A DNA stretch of 63,053 nucleotides, the filler included, from Choristocarpus tenellus KU-1152 (taxonomy: Eukaryota; Protista; Phaeophyceae), in assembly GCA_964200185.2 (NCBI GenBank). It is 11 parts of 11 records of this genome, joined end to end, with 100 filler letters (N's around TTAATTAATTAA, not from the genome) between each part and the next. Parts side by side here need not be neighbours in the genome. Positions count along the whole stretch, not along the records: positions 26,674 to 32,388 come from CAXNAD020009930.1; positions 32,489 to 46,689 come from CAXNAD020001256.1; 9 more parts are not named here. One strand, written 5' to 3'. The notes below the pieces were generated by a model, which was given only the letters and a program-made list of their open reading frames with translations, was not told the origin of the DNA and ran no database searches. A program made the position numbers and the translations under genes. Below are positions 27,100 through 41,186 of the stretch, one piece after another; position 1 is the first letter of the stretch, and every line of letters starts with the position of its first letter.

Positions 27100-28440
27100 A
27101 GGGAAGGGAAGGGAGTCCAGAGAATGGGAAGGGAGAGAGCAGGTTTACGTCTGGTCATCAATTAGCTGTAATAATGCGCCCCTCAAAACAGATGGACACC
27201 GAAATTTGTTCTCATGGATCCATGAAAGTTATTCATTTTGAACAGATAAAATTTGTGTGAATGACAGCGCACCAGTGGGAATTGATATGTGCTTACACAT
27301 ACTGAGGAGAACGGCAATTGAAGGCACCTTTAGTTGTTGCTTACACTTTCCAAATGGTTAAAAAAGCATGCTGTTCAAACGCAAAGGTTTTACTGAGGCT
27401 CATGGCATGATGATACTTTACACCTGGATAAACGTCGCACGGTGCTACTTAGTTCAAGGTATTGTGGTAAAGTGGTGTGAGGTTTAATGGAAATTAGTCA
27501 TCCTCGTTGGCACTGCAATTGGGTTCTGCAGAGGTCAGTCAACGCGACCCTTACATCTGTATACGCAGTGATATTGATCACATACATTACAACTCCCTCC
27601 CTTCTTTAACAGACTTGTCTCGAGTCCAGACACACAAAAACGCAAGGACTTGTCTCGAGTAGCATTGAAGCGATGGGAAGTGAGGTTGCTCATGGCGCAA
27701 ACCTCGTTCATCCGTGGTCTTGGCCTCTATTGAAGTAAACGGTGTGCCCCTTGACCATCCTTTCATCCCCCAATATAGTGCCATAGTGTATTCTCCTCTA
27801 GTGTTGGCATCGTCAAAACGGTGTGCTAAATAAAAATGCGTTGCGAATATACTTACCAATACTCTGCCGTGCCGAACGGTTTCTTAACGGGGATTCGTGG
27901 CACCAACCTCCTCGAACCAAGTCCCCACCTTCATGTCCTGGCGAACTACACATGTGGAGGGTACCAGAAGTGAGTGAGCATGTGGGTCATCATTCGACCT
28001 CCCACGAGGCAATTTCTTTGGACTATCAACAGTGAGTAATGTACAGTTCGTGGTCTGTTCCTTTATCATTGCATCAGTGCCTCTAACAGTTAACAATTGA
28101 TCACAATCAAGATGAAGAAAAAGAGTGGAGGTCGTGTCCTCTTCCAAGATACATAATCTTTCTACTGTAGTTTTGTCCTGTCTACAATGGTGAGGAGTTC
28201 ACACCGCCTTACCTCTTACACCTCTTCAAGTGTGCCTTGTTGATTTAATTCTACATCACACCTTGGTGTTGGATGACGTCCCTCCAGGAGTAGTCCCTCT
28301 CATCAACAAAGTAGGGTAGAGGTTGATGTTTGAAGAAGAATAACGCCTTTCCAATGGTAAAATAGTGATACGTTTAACGACAACATTTTGAATGTACTCA
28401 AAAGATATTCCTTGCATCCACATAGATTGGTACAACTTGT
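27100..28440 (+). mobile_element. Possible decayed Gypsy integrase region
   Basis: HEAISLD resembles WE.ISMD and YNGEEFT resembles DNG.EFT, in broken frames. Confidence 0.35.
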
Positions 28441-28495
28441 CACGTTGATTGATCTTCCTCTTCTATCCAACTCCCGTTGTCTCGTCTTCTCGCAG

Positions 28496-29477
28496 GGGCA
28501 TTTCATCGACCAAAAACGAGGATAATATCGGCCTTGTTGATGTGCACGGAGTTGGCTAGCTGGATCGTAATAGCGGGTTATCTGAAGCAGCGGTTCCCTG
28601 TAAACCCAAGATCTGCAAAGCAGTGCTGCGAGAGATTGTATCATCACCTGGGTGAGTCGGCGATTGGACATTCCTTTGATGTCCTTTCCGTTAACTCGCT
28701 ACTCAAGTGAAAAACATGACTATGTTAGCACCTTCCCACTCTAAGAACAAACCTCCCCAGCAGTCAGAGTTTGATCCCACGTGCAGGTAGACTACCCATC
28801 ATGAACATCAAGCTGGACCAAGAGCAGTGGTTTGGAAAGACACTAACTATTTTCCTGGGACCTTCGTCCAATAAACTTTGAGCTACTAGGAATGATAACA
28901 AAGAGAATAACTTCAAAAGATGAGTAAGTCACACCATAACTCTCCAACACTGAACATTATACACATATTTTGATGGTATAGGCCGTGTGAACTCTATCCT
29001 TCTTTCTCTCTCTCTCTTGTTCAACCTCTCTTAACACCAACAACTCCATCAGATCCGGAAGTGAGCAAGAATGAGTGGACTGCTGACGAGAAAGCTGTGA
29101 TGGCCAAGGCCCACAATGAGCTTGGGAATCAATGGGTGAAGATTGCCAATCTATTGCCTGGACGAACAAGCAACCAGGTTAAGAAGCGATGGTGAGATCC
29201 TAGTTAAGGCAAAATGATGGACATCACTTTCGACAAGTTCAATTGCAGGTGTACACTTCCACCTCCACCGGAAATTCTACTCAAGTATTTAATGTTAGAG
29301 AACGAGGTGGTCAAGCAAAATTTGCAGTACAAACTCCATCCCAACTGCACATACAGGCTACCAAATCCTGCTACGACATGGTTGGGTGACTGGTTCACGT
29401 ACGGAGAGATTGTGGAGGAAAGAAAGAAAAAAAAGTTCGACATTGAGCACTGGAGAAGGACTACCAATCCGTTGTAA
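28496..29477 (+). pseudogene. R2R3-MYB transcription factor, apparently pseudogenised; exons 28496-28651, 29053-29191, 29249-29477
   Basis: R2 reads NEDNIGLVDVHGVG-[+1 frameshift]-SWIVIAGYL...RSAKQCCERLYHHL; it splices in phase to R3 DPEVSKNEWTADEKAVMAKAHNELGNQWVKIANLLPGRTSNQVKKRW; introns are canonical GT-AG. Confidence 0.85.
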
Positions 29478-30152
29478 ATGGTAATAAACACCCCCTTACC
29501 TAGATGAGGCCCCCCTACCTCGATGAGGTACTAGAACTGTAATAATCTGCCCAATAAAGAGATGGAAAGGAGAAAATCAAGATAGAAGAGGAAGAACAAT
29601 CAACACATGGCAAGTTTTGATCTCTTTACACGGTGCAGAGAGTGAGCGCCTTATACCAGGGTATCTACAAGCCCCCTGCCTAAGAGTAAAGCAAACCTGG
29701 GTTACCTCATTGATATCATAATATTGTTAAGGGCAATATTGCTAGAGAAGGAGGCAAAGATAATGCCCTGTTATCCTTGGGAGGGTTCAAGGCGACATAG
29801 AGCCTGGCCCGAGATTATTCGATGCAGTGTAAGGTCAAAGCATAGGAGATGGTGTTGGCATTCCTTTGACATCAAAAAATAATGCAAAACTCTCGCATTG
29901 CAAACGATCTAAGAAGAGCTAGGATCAAGAGTCTTTTCGCTGATATCTTCGAACACACCTCACAGCACCGTCATCAGTGGACATAACTGTGTACGGGGAC
30001 CCTTCCATTTGCGTAGAGGATGTGTAAGCTAACTGAAACCTTGACCGAAAGGATTGAGGTGGTGTGTGCAGTCCGAATGAAGTGGATGCTCGACGTTGTG
30101 AGGGGGATATGTATCACCCTCTCGTGTCGGACCGACCCTTTCAGCTTGAAGA

Positions 30153-30290
30153 GGGTCAAAGTATCTGGGAGGGGGGAGGTCGGGCGTCCCTCTTGCACCT
30201 CTTTTTCGATATGGCGATTTTTGGGTGATGTGCTTCCATGTGTCGGATTTGGAAGGTCAAAGTATCTGGGAGGGGTGGTGCCGGGGTTCG
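30153..30290 (+). mobile_element. Two adjacent MITE family B left-end fragments
   Basis: ggtcaaagtatctgggaggg at about 30154 and 30255. Confidence 0.65.
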
Positions 30291-32488
30291 TTTTTGACCT
30301 TGAATGTTTTGAAGAGGGTTGGTGGTTAGGGTCTATTGCGGTTGCGTTATGATGAACAACGCAAAAGTACTAAGTTTTTATGTTGGGTTTGTTTTGTGTC
30401 CGGAGTTGGGTTTATGGGGTAGCAACGATAAAAATATATATTTTGTGTTCAGGTTAAGGTTCTTTTGTGTCTTTATTACGGTTAGGGTTAGGGTTAGATA
30501 AGCATGATGAAGGTCGAGGGTGTCACAGGGACGGATATTGGACAATAGTGTTCGGATTGGTTGGTGGTTTGTGTGATGGTTTGTATATGGGCCTAAAGGT
30601 CGGGCTAAGGGTTAGGGGAAGTTGGGTTGGGGGGGTGCGACCCATGCCCTCGGTAAGGATAATGTAAAGCTCGAGGCACTTGTGTGATGCAGGGGTTGCT
30701 TTTTACATATTCCAAATTGAAACTGTTAAGGAAAAGATAAATGAATATCTTGCCCCGTCTACAAGAATGAAGGCTTGCACTGTGATTACAATTTGTGTAA
30801 TTTTTAGTACAAAATATTATATACAGTCTAAGTAGGGTTAGAGGTTGGGTTTAGGAATCGCGCTTAGGATTTGGGTAGAAATCGACCCATGTCCACATTG
30901 TGGTAAAGAGTGCATCTGGTGAGAAGACATGTTGACGTATCATCCACTAGTAGAGGTTATGGCAGCATGGTTGGTGTATGTACGTGATGTGATTGCTTCG
31001 TGACCTTGGGGGTAGGAAAGTGAATCTCATTATTTAGCTAGAGCCCTGGGTTTATGACATGGTTAGAGCTAGTTGCCAGTTTCGTTAGAAGAAGAGATTG
31101 TACAGAGTTGTGGATGAGTTGAAGTATGGAGCTAGGTTTGCTGAATGCAGGAAGGTTAGGATGGTGAGTGTTGGGTACGAAATAGAGGATAATAAGTGGC
31201 CGTTGATAAGGGAAGGTGTCAAAGGCATGCATTGTTGACGTGCTGCCGAAACTTGTCCGAATGGAACGAAAAGAGTGGGTTATAAAATGTAATATTTTGG
31301 TAGTGCTTGCATTGGCTTTGGTACACTTTAGTCAGACAAACAATAACCTGAAGTATCGTATCTCATGTGAACTGACACATCTGACTGCTCCACATAGATC
31401 AAAAACCACTGTGAAAAGGCGAAAGCCGTCTAATCCAAACCACATGAACACACACGAGTTGGAGACCATCCAAGTAACAGTTAGGTCCTAACGGAACAAA
31501 ACTAAAACTACCCATACTACAAGCTCGATCAGAAACGATGAAGACTCTCTACTTCAACTCATGGGCATGTTGGTATCGGCACTCATCGCCCTTCTCCCAC
31601 CAGTCTACGAGTTTGGGGTAGGGTGCCCACATACCCCTAGAGTGTCTCACGCCCCTCTCATCTTCGGTCGGATTAGAGATTGACATCTCTCCTTCCCCTT
31701 TATCACAATCAGACTTGGAAATCTGTACTATCCACAGAAGGGTTTTCCTCATCCATCACCGGTGTCTTTGAGAGTGAAAAATTGCACAACTCTGAGAGAT
31801 TATTGACCAGGAGTTGGAGGCGATCCGGGTCATGATTATTGCCCAGCACGGTGCGTGTAATAACAATGCCTCCACGCTGGACTTGGAGCTTAGCAATTGC
31901 GGTTTCGTGGTCCACATGTGTTTTGTCACTGAGCTCGTGTAGTTCATGAATGCCCTGGACGTTCCCGAAAGGTGTGACCATGATGCTTGATACTGCAACA
32001 GGATATTTAACGGAAAGCAATAGTGGAAGGGGTTAGGCGTTAGAGTACAATCCAGGATACGTGGTAGACACTTCGTTACGATTGTCTAAGGATTCCTCTT
32101 TTTTTTCGTGTATGATGGGATCCTCATACACACAAAAAAAAGCTGATTGTACAGTGTGACACGGACCCAAAATGGCGTGCTCATAGCTTTCTGATACATG
32201 TCCTAATTTTGTTAGGAGTGTCGTATTCAAGTGCACTGTTGTAGTGGACGTAACTAAAAGGTACAAAGTATTGGACATCGATAATGGGACCCAAATAGAT
32301 ATGTAGGATGACTGGTCTGAAATGGTGAGGTGTGACTTAGATGGCGAATTTCTATGCTTGGCCTTAAGCACGCGATGTCGGTGTCCATNNNNNNNNNNNN
32401 NNNNNNNNNNNNNNNNNNNNNNNNNNNNNNNNTTAATTAATTAANNNNNNNNNNNNNNNNNNNNNNNNNNNNNNNNNNNNNNNNNNNN

Positions 32489-32658
32489 AAGGACACCATG
32501 GTGTAGACCCCTCCCCCCCTCCCAGATACTTTGGGTCACATTTTACCTACCCCAAAATATTCTGGAGTACGAAAAAATGTCATTAAAAACATGTGGGCAG
32601 TTAAGCCCCAAATGGACAAACAGGAAAAAAAATCGTGCCCTCTAAGATGCTTACACTC
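32489..32658. mobile_element. MITE B right end abutting, or nested in, a MITE A half copy
   Basis: cccagatactttgggtc followed by the A-type cacattttacctac...ccctctaagatgcttacactc. Confidence 0.7.
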
Positions 32659-32721
32659 AGTTGTCAACCCTACCTTTCTTGCTCAAATTATGTATGCCCC
32701 TGCAACATCTTGCCTATGAAG

Positions 32722-35700
32722 CTGGGAGACCCAGCAATTGAAGCAGAATCAGAAGGCTTGCTTGGACGTGCCTGGAGAAGCAAAGCAAAGGAGGTAATGA
32801 AATCAGAAAGGAAGGCAGCTCAAGCAAGGGTTTGGGGCATCCGAAACTATGAGGTAGGGTGTCAAAGTGCAGAGGAAGTTGGTTGGCAGTCTGCAACATG
32901 AACGATAGGTTCCAGACTAAAGGAGAGAGTAACGGATACATAATGTTAGATTGTTTTAGGACATTCCTAAGGAGTATCCACACCCCAATAAAGTACTCGG
33001 TATGATGAAACCTGTATGCAGGGAAATGATACAAAACATAAATCAAACAAAACAATAAAAGTTGCAAGACCTAAGTAGAATCTTGACTGTTGATTGACTT
33101 TGAAGAGTGAATCTGTCCCTTTCCGTGTATAACCTACCCAATCCGAGTGTGAAGTGTGTGCAGCATATCCATTGCCTTGGTTGCATGGCGGCCCAATCCT
33201 CACCTCAATCGAGCAGTAAATGTTCTGTGGTCATACACACATGCAGTAGGGAGGGTGTGGAAGGTGCATGATAACACTGCATTGTAAGTTAGTGGAGAGT
33301 GCAGTCTGGTAAACGACAGGAACACAAAACTGCCACTAAAGTTAGAAGGCGGGAAATGGGGGACAAGGCTTGACCGCTGCTTCCACGTAACAGCAGGGGT
33401 ACAACACTAAACCCAGCATATAGGCTGGCTCCACCAATGGCAATATAGAGTTTTGACCTGTACAGCTTGTTAACTAGACCAATCAGATCAGACTAACTGT
33501 GGACGCAAGTTCCCCCTTTGCACCATTAGATCATTTTCTACTGCAGCAAAAACAAAAAATGATCCCTGCCTGAAGGCAAAATGTGCCTACCTTAGGTACA
33601 CAGTCACTGTCCATTGTCTACACGCAATATATACAAGGCTAGTGCCAATGAGTTAGACAGTGGTGGTGACTCCAATAACACAATACCCCCGCCAACTCTC
33701 TGGCCACAAGGATGAGCACACCAGAAATGGCACCAGCTCCAAACCTGTTTCATGCTGCAATGATATCATCGGAAGAGATGGACATGTTGTAAAGGGTAAC
33801 TGCAACAACAATGAGATTGATGGCGGTCACAGCAGGGAAATCCAAGGCGTTGAACCTCACAACAAGAAGGATGCCAATAGAAGTAAACCTGGGTCTTCTG
33901 GTATAGGTATGAGCCCGTCAGTGGGAGGGGATACAAGTGCAACATGCTACGGTTGAACAACAAAGATGTGTCTGACATTTTCTGTCGGAAGGCATTATCT
34001 CTATGTCCTAATGTTGAACATGAACAACAAAGATGTGTCCGATATCTTCTGTCAGAAGGCATTATCTCTATGCCCTAGTGTTGAACATGAACATCAAAGA
34101 TGTGTCCGATATCTTCTGTCAGAAGGCATTATCTATGCCCTATTTTGTAGGGTTCTAGACTAAGACTACTGCGAAGGGATCCATGGTTCCGACGTGTTCT
34201 GGGAGCTCTTTCTGACGTAATTCTGAAAAAATAAAAAGTTGAGCACTTCAACACATTGGCTAAGCACAAGTATCCCTGGTGTGTATAGCTTGAAAATATT
34301 GGTGAGGGAGTTTCTTGCCTCATGAAATCATGATAAGATGTCGTGCAGCTCAAAGTATCTGGAGGGTGGGTGGCGGCTGTCCATTTGGCCCCATTTTTCC
34401 ATGTCGCAAATTTTGGGTGATTTGGTTACATGTGTCGGATGAATAATGTAAGTGCCTTTTCCTGATCAGGGCCCAAATGAACTCCCTGGTGTAGAATCCC
34501 CCGCCCCCCCCAGATACTTCCGGGCTGCCCACCTCCACCGTAAGATTCCTCTTTTACTTTGAGATTGTTCTAAGATGCATCCACCATTTGTCCCTGCTAC
34601 AGAGATAGTCGACGTGGGGAGAGAGGCCTTGCTTTGGAAGGCATTGGAATGCTTCAGGCGCCAAGTGTCCCTACTCAGGCTCACAACCCAACCTCCAGCT
34701 GTTAAGAACCCATGTCCCCCTGCTAAGGACTCTGTCGTGAGTTGCACGTACGGATCTAGATTGACTGCATCATACTTCAGGAGTCTAACTGCGAAAGTGA
34801 TGGTTCATGGCAATAGCAGATGTGATGCAATTGATGTTTGTAATGAAAATAATGATACCAGATTGCAGTACAAGAGTCAGAAAAATATTGGTTCGTTTCT
34901 GAGTTGGAATGCTTACTGTTCTTCCTGGCATTTTTTTGTTTATGTTCGGATGATTCGCTCCTTGTTGGTGTGTATGTGATGGAGTAGAAAAATCTGTTTG
35001 GGATAGATAGAGGCACGAAGCTTGAAAGGTCCTCTCCAAGTAACGCTCTTGCATCAAGAATCAAGAAGGTGAATGAATTCATCCGCCGAAGGTATGACAG
35101 GCCGTTGTCAAACAAAGTACAAGTGTGCTGACGTCTGCTTGACTGCATTAAAGGCGCAACTTCATTTTTTCTTTAAAAAATCTGGATCAGGTGCAACGTC
35201 CTCCTTCCCACAAGAACAGTCCCTGTGCAGGAGGCAAGAAAAGGCCCATTCGAATGATGTGTACACCTAACAAAACCCTTGCAGAGCTAGGTGACTATGA
35301 GGCAGGGCTACAGGCTTTGCTCAACCTGGGAAAGACTCTTCTTGACTTGGGAGAGTCTAAGGCCGCCTTGCAAGCATTTAACAGAAGGCTGTGGTAAGAG
35401 AGAGATGTATAAGGGGATAGAGGGATAGAGGGACAGAGAGAGAGAGAGAGAGAGCCTAGCCAACTCCAAAAGTATCAGTCAGTGCTGAAGAGATCTTTGA
35501 ACCCACAGTATGTGCCTCTTTTGTATTTTGGTACAGGGTCCAGCGTGTTACTGAGTATTTCCCCTCTTATTGTTGTCGAACCTGTCACGTCAGCATCATT
35601 TGTACCATCGGTTGGACCAGTGGACTTCTTAAACACTGATTGGGCGCCTGGACAATATAGTGCCAACTAGCCTCCCCCAAAACGTAGAGTGTAGAGGGGA

Positions 35701-38700
35701 AGACAGAACTAGTCCTGACAAGCTCCCTGCATCGGGCTACTTTTTTTGGACTATTTGCTGCGACCCCCAGTACTGCTGCCCGTTACTCTACTATTCATGG
35801 TCGGGGTATTGCCCTATTATCTGATGGTACTATCTTGCAAGTTGCTCTCATTTGGGACTGTTTCGGGCAGTGCTGAAAGAATAGGGTATTAAAGTAGACA
35901 TCAAAACAGGAAAGTCACTATTTATCTGGTTTCTTGTGGCACCTCAATCACTCTTAGGTGAAGGCAGAGCCAAAGCATCTTAGAGGGTAGAGCCGCGTCC
36001 ATTTGGGGGTCAAAATCCAATGTTGCGATTTTGATGTAATGTTGGCTATCGTGTTTGTTAGGAAGTGTCAATATCTATGTTTCCGATACACCTTTTCATA
36101 CTGTACACATTTTACCTACCCCTAAACATTTTGGAGTAGGAAAATGTCATAAAAGGACCCATGGGAAGCCAAGCCCCAAATAGACAAACAGGGCAAAACT
36201 CGTACCCTAACCCTAAGATACTTTCACTCGGCAGGGAGGGTACCGCATAGCTCAGACATTTAGTACCCTAATCCTATCAGTAGCTGCCTGCCTGACTTTC
36301 CCTTGTGGAAGAAGGAGACTCAGAGGAGACAAACAGTGCCCAACATGCCATGACAAGCTCCCAATAGCTTTATGTTCATTGTAAATCCTAGGCCAGCAAC
36401 TGTTAATGGTGCCTATGTAGGTGTGTACGTAGAACATAAGATATCACAGCCTACAGAAAAAAATATAATCTGACGTTGAATTTGAACATGCAATGCATTT
36501 CCAAGGTGTCAGAAACTCTTGAGTCTCTGGTTGATAGGTTTGAAAGCAGCCATTAGCCCGTGCAAACATCCTGCAGGCAGTATGGCAGTTCCTTCTAGAG
36601 CAGAGTAAACGCAAATCTGATCATCGCTCATTTTGCGAATTTGAACATTGAACATCTGCATCAACAACAACACTACATTGAAACACCATCCACTCCATTA
36701 CTAGAAAAATTTCTTACACTACTGCAGAATAGAACACCATGTGCTAAGAACTGCTCAACCTAGTACAAACCTGGCTATCATATCTTTGCCAAGCAGGTTA
36801 ACAGAGCAAAGAATATCAACTTGCACCCTCACGACAAGGACATTGGATGGCAAAGTTTGCAGCCCATGGGATGGTGAACAAGTTCTTCAGGATGCACCTG
36901 AGGGGGGCCTAATGCCATTGCCAACCAGACGGGACATTCATGCCAGCTCCACAACAGCGACTGAAGGTTGCTCAGAAATAAAATTAGACCTGTGGGAAAC
37001 ACTAGGATGGATGGGTAGAGCTCATGCTCGTCTTCACCTGGGACTCGACATGTCCCACTATCCCAGGTATCATATGCACTCAATCAAGTCGACTCGACTT
37101 CACTGGGTGTGTCAAAATCAGCAACTGTTTGTCAGTGCTTTTCCCATGAAGATATGACAGCTTAACCCTCGCCTAATTTAAGGAGTGGAAGTACACTTTC
37201 ATAAAACCTTGTGTTCACCTCTTCTTGTGCTCACCCCATCATGGATCCAAAAAGACACCCTTAGACAACACCCACTCTTTCCTCTCAGTCACTACTATTT
37301 CTTGACTTTTAGTGCATCACTCTTTTGGTTGGCGTCCAGGTTTCTACCATTCAATATGAACCCTAGGGGATGGGATCCCCTGACACCAGCTATCAGAACC
37401 CAGAACGGGAACCATGCTTCTAGAAAGTCTCTAGAACGGGCGGCAGTGACCAGGTGGAATTGGGTGACAGAAAATGTCCAGGACACAATCAAAGAATCTG
37501 GTCGACCACAAATTTTACTCCCCTGGATGGGCCATGTGCCATTTACAGAGCAGTCCGTTTTGCCTGAATCAGCCTTGCTTGAGGCTGATCAGAAGGTAGT
37601 AGTACCACAAGGGTCTGCTTTCCTGGGGATCCACAGATCAAGCACAAGCGCCACACCTAACAGGCCGACTTCAGGAGATTGCAATGCGGTTAACATTGCA
37701 GATGCAGATGGCCTGCTGGTTGGGGGTCGGCTGTGGAAGGAGAGTCATTTTGGACGCTTTGCGGAACTTGCGCGGTTAACTATATGTGGTGATGCTTGTT
37801 GTGTGATAGACGCGTGTCAACCGGTAAGATTAATATCACCTAGACAGAAGAGAGATGCATGAAAAATGTGATACATTGGTTTCCTGTGTTACAACATGAA
37901 CTAAAGGAATGGAAAAACTTTTTTTTTTTCAAGAAATACCAAATGCACACTGCGTTTTACTCCTCAAAGTTTCCAAGGTAAAAGAAGGGGAATATCGAAA
38001 ATATCGAAAATGCCGATTAAATGTGTTTAATAGGCGTCCCTTGTTGTCAAGAGAAGTAAGGGAAACTAGGTTTCATCTTTTTCAATTCACCAGAAAATGA
38101 ATAGTGTACATTACAATAGCCTCCCTTCTACTCACACAGATGGTCACTTGCTTCAAGAGGCAGCTGGTCACAGCTCAGGAAGTGAGTGGAAACCCATGGG
38201 TCAGAATAGAATTACAGGAGAGGGATGCCATCTGGGGTTTGGCCATCGCTGCATCAATCTCTGGAGACATAAAGGAGGGATTGGTCCTCTTTGAACGGGC
38301 CCTAGGGTGCAGCAAGTATGGCTATGTCAATGCTACAATTCTGTAAATTGCCTACTCTTTCTTCCTTCTGTTTTGGTGTGTACTGCATCTCTGGTTCAGT
38401 TATCGATATATCCCCCACTATTTGCAACTAGGGCGTTTGGAAGCAAGGGTCTACGTTCGAGTGTTGCCAACATTTACTCAAGTTTTTTGAGGGTGGAAGT
38501 GCGTTCACCAATGGATCCTTTTCTTTTTTCATTCTTCTTTCTTCTTTCTTAGATTTTCTCCTTTATAGTACTTATTTGTCAAGCAGTTCATCTTGCCTTC
38601 ATTGGACTACGTTTTTGACCACGGATCTGGGACCCCTCAAACTAATGCAATGAATAGTTATAATAACGGCAGTACTAGCATTAGCAGGGTAGGGGAGGTT

Positions 38701-41186
38701 GTATTGTTAACGCCTTCCTACACCTCAGCCTAACTATTAGTTTCCCTACCATATCACGAATCCTGTGATCTTTGTGCTGTTTGTACAGAAATTCAATGTT
38801 TTGTACTCATGAGTAAGAATGTTCCTTGAAGCATGACATATTCTTGGAGGAGGTGATAAGCTCCCAGTGTACTTCCTAGATCAGGGTCAGAGTATGCTAG
38901 AAGGTGCAGTGTTTTTGCCCAGTTTGTCCATTCAGGGCTTAATGGGTTGTTGTGTAATACCCCAGTTTGATACACGTTGCAAGGGTGGTTTCCTTCAGAT
39001 TTGGTCCAGGTAGGGTTATAGGAAAGGAAGGTGCTTTCAGATGAAGGAAATTACCTCTACGTCTGACACGTTCATTAATATAACATGAAAATAACTACAG
39101 GGTACTACACAGTCCCCGAATGGGAACCTGACCCCCCTCTAAGATACTATGGGTCCCAAACAGCTCAGAAATATCTGTAGACAGGGGTGACTGTAGTGAT
39201 ACCTGTCCCATACATGGAGGTAGAGCTCTTGCACTGACACACATTGCCATGCCTGAAAGGATCTATTGCATTTTGATCTTTGCAAAGGTCCAGCGGTGAC
39301 CTAGCTGGGATGGCAAAGGCACAGGGTGAGATAGGTCGTCTTCACTTACGTGCAGGGCAGAACCTCGAGGCAGTGAAGGCATTCAAGACCATGCTAGGGG
39401 TGAGACCGATACATCTGTCTGCTCTAGGCTGTCACCACTTTCTGTTTTTAGAGTGATGTCAGAATAACTGTGATAGGGGTTATGTTGCTGACTGGAAGCA
39501 TACTTTTGACTCCATGCAAGATGTAGGATTTCTACTACAACATATTAGCTCCCTGTTTTCGTGAAAATTTCGTTCGCCACCCCTCAATGTTAGTGTAACT
39601 CCAGGATACTCATGATATGTGCACTCCATCCTTATTTGCCCATTTGCTTCATGTCTTTGTTGCTTTGTTCTTCTGTACATAGGTCGCTGAAAAAGCCAAG
39701 GATAAGCTGCTGATTGTTTCAGCATTGAGTTTTTTGGGTTGGCTATTCTCATCAACGGGAGAAGATACTAAGGTGAACAATATTCTGTATTTATCTCTAC
39801 AGCATGCATTGACCACCATTGTCGCTTGATATCCTAGGGTTTGAGGTACCAGAGATATGGCTGTGAAGAAAACTTGTTTTTTATTAATATTGTCTCGTGA
39901 TTTTAGAGAAGCTATGCTCCAGGACAGGTAAGGATTTAATCATTTTTTCAGGATACCCTTGCAGGATTTTACATGGTCACGACGTGCAACACTGCTGTAT
40001 GTTTTGAAGTGTCTCTTTACCAGTACCCAGTGTAGGAAGATATTTCAATTTTATGAAATTGGGTTTCAGATCTTTAGGAGCTCCAAGCACACTCTAGCCT
40101 CTGCAGCTCTACTGCAAGAAGACTGGATCATGGTCCTATATGATCAGTGTTGAGATATTTGCAGCCATCCTGGAGCACTCAAGGGGAAAGCATTCCCCAA
40201 TTCAATCTATGAAGTAATGCTGGGTGTTGAGTCACAGTCATAAATATTGGTGTTGAGGTAATTCAATCACTCCTCGAAAGTAACATTGCATCTATAGGAA
40301 AGAGAGGTCAGGTGCTCAGTCAAAGACTCCTTATCATGCTCCCTACTCAACATAGCTTTGCTTAGATGCAGTTATCCCCACTGGAAAACATTGCATGTAC
40401 ATGGTAACTACACAATGGAAAAGACTGTGACACAATGTGCAACCTAAGAACAATGGGTTTTTTTCACTGCCACCAAGGCACTCAAGTGCTTTCAGAAGTG
40501 GCTTGGACTGGCCCACAAGATGGGTGACGGGGACAGCCTAGCGGCTGCGGAGCTTTGCATTGGACATTTACATTTTCGAGCTGCAACCACTGTTCCATCG
40601 AAGTTGGGGAACAACAGTAACGTGGACTCAGGCGATGACCAAACGCGTCAAGGGTGGCTTCACAAGGCTCACATGCACTATAGCCGGTTTGTATTGGACA
40701 TCCATTCCTTTTTGTCTTGGTGCATTTAATCTTTTTGTTCTCAGGGGCTGAGACGAAATCTCTCTCTGCTCTCAGTTTTGACTTTTCTTGTTTATGCTGT
40801 TGTTCTTGCAGGATAAGTTCGATTTCCTGCAAGCATTGCATGTATCACCAAGGTGATCTATTGTCTCTTTGCCAGAAATTTGGAAATTTGCACGTGTAGG
40901 GATATCCAGCAGTCGAGGATTGTAATGTGAAGAGGCAGAGCTCGAGCCAGGAGCGAGCAAGTTGTTAATTGCACATATGTTTGTGTTTCGACCTAGTGCC
41001 AACGGTACATCCATCAGGTATCTCCGCTGGGCTAAGGATGGGGCACATCTTTGCAGTCAGTCACATGCCAACTTGTGCATTGCTTACACCCATGAGCTTC
41101 TTGGAAATGGACAAATGGCTCTCCAACATCAACTGGCTTCGCTTGAGGGATATCAGGCACTAGGGGCCACGGGCAACCAAGGAAAG
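32722..41186 (+). CDS. Internal part of a multi-exon tetratricopeptide-repeat protein (TTC28/GPSM-like TPRs); exons about 32722-32853, 34603-34736, 35285-35393, 36838-37066, 37549-37773, 38140-38315, 39288-39399, 39683-39772, 40478-40652, 40812-40852, 41019-41186
   Basis: TPR-like helices: GDYEAGLQALLNLGKTLLDLGESKAALQAFNRRL; GDLAGMAKAQGEIGRLHLRAGQNLEAVKAFKTML; ALKCFQKWLGLAHKMGDGDSLAAAELCIGHLH; ANLCIAYTHELLGNGQMALQHQLASL. The four exons from 38140 to 40652 join in phase; other boundaries are approximate. Confidence 0.8.
33952..34140. repeat. Intronic minisatellite, ~67-bp unit x3
   Basis: gaacaacaaagatgtgtccgatatcttctgtcagaaggcattatctctatgccctagtgttgaacat is repeated. Confidence 0.9.
34347..34525 (+). 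mobile_element. MITE family B complete copy
   Basis: AGCTCAAAGTATCTGG ... CCCAGATACTTCCGGGC; TGC on both flanks. Confidence 0.85.
35967..36229 (-). mobile_element. MITE family A complete copy
   Basis: GAGCCAAAGCATCTTAGAGGG ... CTAAGATACTTTCACTC; perfect 4-bp TSD GGCA. Confidence 0.92.
38884..39155 (+). mobile_element. MITE family C copy
   Basis: gggtcagagtatgctagaagg ... cccctctaagatactatgggtc. Confidence 0.8.

Noticed and set aside
31549-32371. Chain of minus-strand ORFs, possibly a decayed TE protein
   Set aside because: No diagnostic motif recognised.
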